A DNA stretch of 63,478 bases, the filler included, from Diploschistes diacapsis (Eukaryota), in NCBI GenBank assembly GCA_023645945.1. It is 11 parts of 11 records of this genome, joined end to end, with 100 filler letters (N's around TTAATTAATTAA, not from the genome) between each part and the next. Parts side by side here need not be neighbours in the genome. Positions count along the whole stretch, not along the records: positions 61,738 to 63,478 come from JALAIB010002672.1; 10 more parts are not named here. One strand, given 5' to 3'. Numbering within the stretch: the stretch's first letter is position 1; each line of letters begins with the position of its first letter. The notes beneath the pieces are model-generated. The model searched no databases. It was not told the origin of the DNA and saw only the letters and a list, made by a program, of their open reading frames with translations. Made by a program: the position numbers and the translations under genes. Positions 62,360-63,478 of this stretch are shown one piece after another.

Positions 62360-63107
62360 ATACGTTTAGGAATCTTCTAACCTATATAATATCCCTAAGA
62401 ATAGGCCAATCCATTATTTTTAAGACCTTCTTTACTTCTAGAGAGCGTCCTTCGGGGGTGTAAAGATAGCTTATTATCTTTACCTTTTTAACGCACTATT
62501 GTGTTTTTCTTTTTAAAGTAACGGCACCGGCTATTTCTATCGCATATAAAATCTGATCGATATTTTAAATGTGTTTAAGTATATATCTCCGTATATTAGG
62601 CAAAACTTCCTCTCTATTATAAATATGCTTAAAACCTTTAATTCCAAAATCGTTAAAAAAAGGTTAAACGATATAAAAAAGACCGACAAAGATAGCCATT
62701 ATTATTCGTATAAACTGCCCGACCGAATTAATGCCTCCTTAAGATAAGATAATACTCCTCAATAAACCTAAAGGAATGGCGAAAGCCGTAAAATTGCGAG
62801 ACCTTTCATAGAAGATGCATTAATCGTATTTTAAAAACATGTCTATTAAAAAACCTACGGCCTGTGTTACGAAGGATTCTACAAAATTATCCGTACTAGA
62901 AAGTAAATTGACGTCCCGACGAATTATTTTGTTAATATATATCGCCGTTTTCACTATCCTATACTTCCTAAAATCAGTTTTGACCATTAAAAACCATAGA
63001 TTTCGATACGATCTTTAATAGTATTTTAATATTCTAACATCGATTCTTTCTTGAAGTATATTGATTATTACCGGCTCTAAAGTTTTTAAAATATAAAAGA
63101 ACTTTAT

Positions 63108-63478
63108 TGTTACGATCCAAGGTACTAGGCGGTAGTACTTAGCACGCAACAGCTAGTCGGGCACTTCCCAACCATTCCTTATATATAGTCCAATTAGGGT
63201 AACACGGGTCACGTGACGAGTAAAAGGTCTAGAAGATTATTCTACCTAGTCGTAAGTAGAAAAAAAGAACGGTAATTTTATTCATTTATTTATTTACTTT
63301 ATTAAAAGAACTGTTAATTATATAAGAACGTTATTATAACCTTTATAAATTCAGGGCGTGTTTATTTTTATAAATATCCTTAATTATTATTCGGGATTAA
63401 TTTATATTCGTTATTTCTATTATTAGAGAGCCTTTTTTTAAAAAATAGCTTAAGACTTATAACTGCTTTACCTTCTTC
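63108..63478 (+). mobile_element. Second copy of the same LTR, running off the window
   Basis: Colinear with 61906-62280; differences are mostly C/T and G/A transitions. Confidence 0.85.

Overview
This is fungal (Pezizomycotina-type ascomycete) nuclear DNA, not one continuous locus. Eleven contigs are concatenated with ten artificial 100-nt spacers (N44-TTAATTAATTAA-N44). Contig 1 (1-23434) carries a SAP30-like gene, a ~12 kb gene-free tract built from several degenerate tandem-repeat arrays, a C2H2/fungal-specific transcription factor, a GH81 endo-1,3-beta-glucanase and exon 1 of ERG28. Contig 8 (34619-57949) is a housekeeping block: guanine deaminase, NTE1, MNN9, the divergent FAS1/FAS2 pair and coatomer epsilon. 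Two small contigs carry gene fragments (a hypothetical protein plus an MFS permease end; an MscS-like channel end). Seven small contigs are AT-rich, RIP-type decayed, nested transposon remnants (Pot2/Fot1-like pogo, Copia, Gypsy-like LTRs, a possible hAT end). Two unexplained signals stand out. First, the 12 kb mosaic of diverged tandem arrays (75, 65, ~190, ~215 and ~135 bp periods) shows no RIP signature and includes a conserved ~25-nt motif recurring about every 135 bp. Second, GC-rich islands switch from C-rich on the left to G-rich on the right regardless of gene strand. All protein calls come from remembered family motifs; no database search was run.
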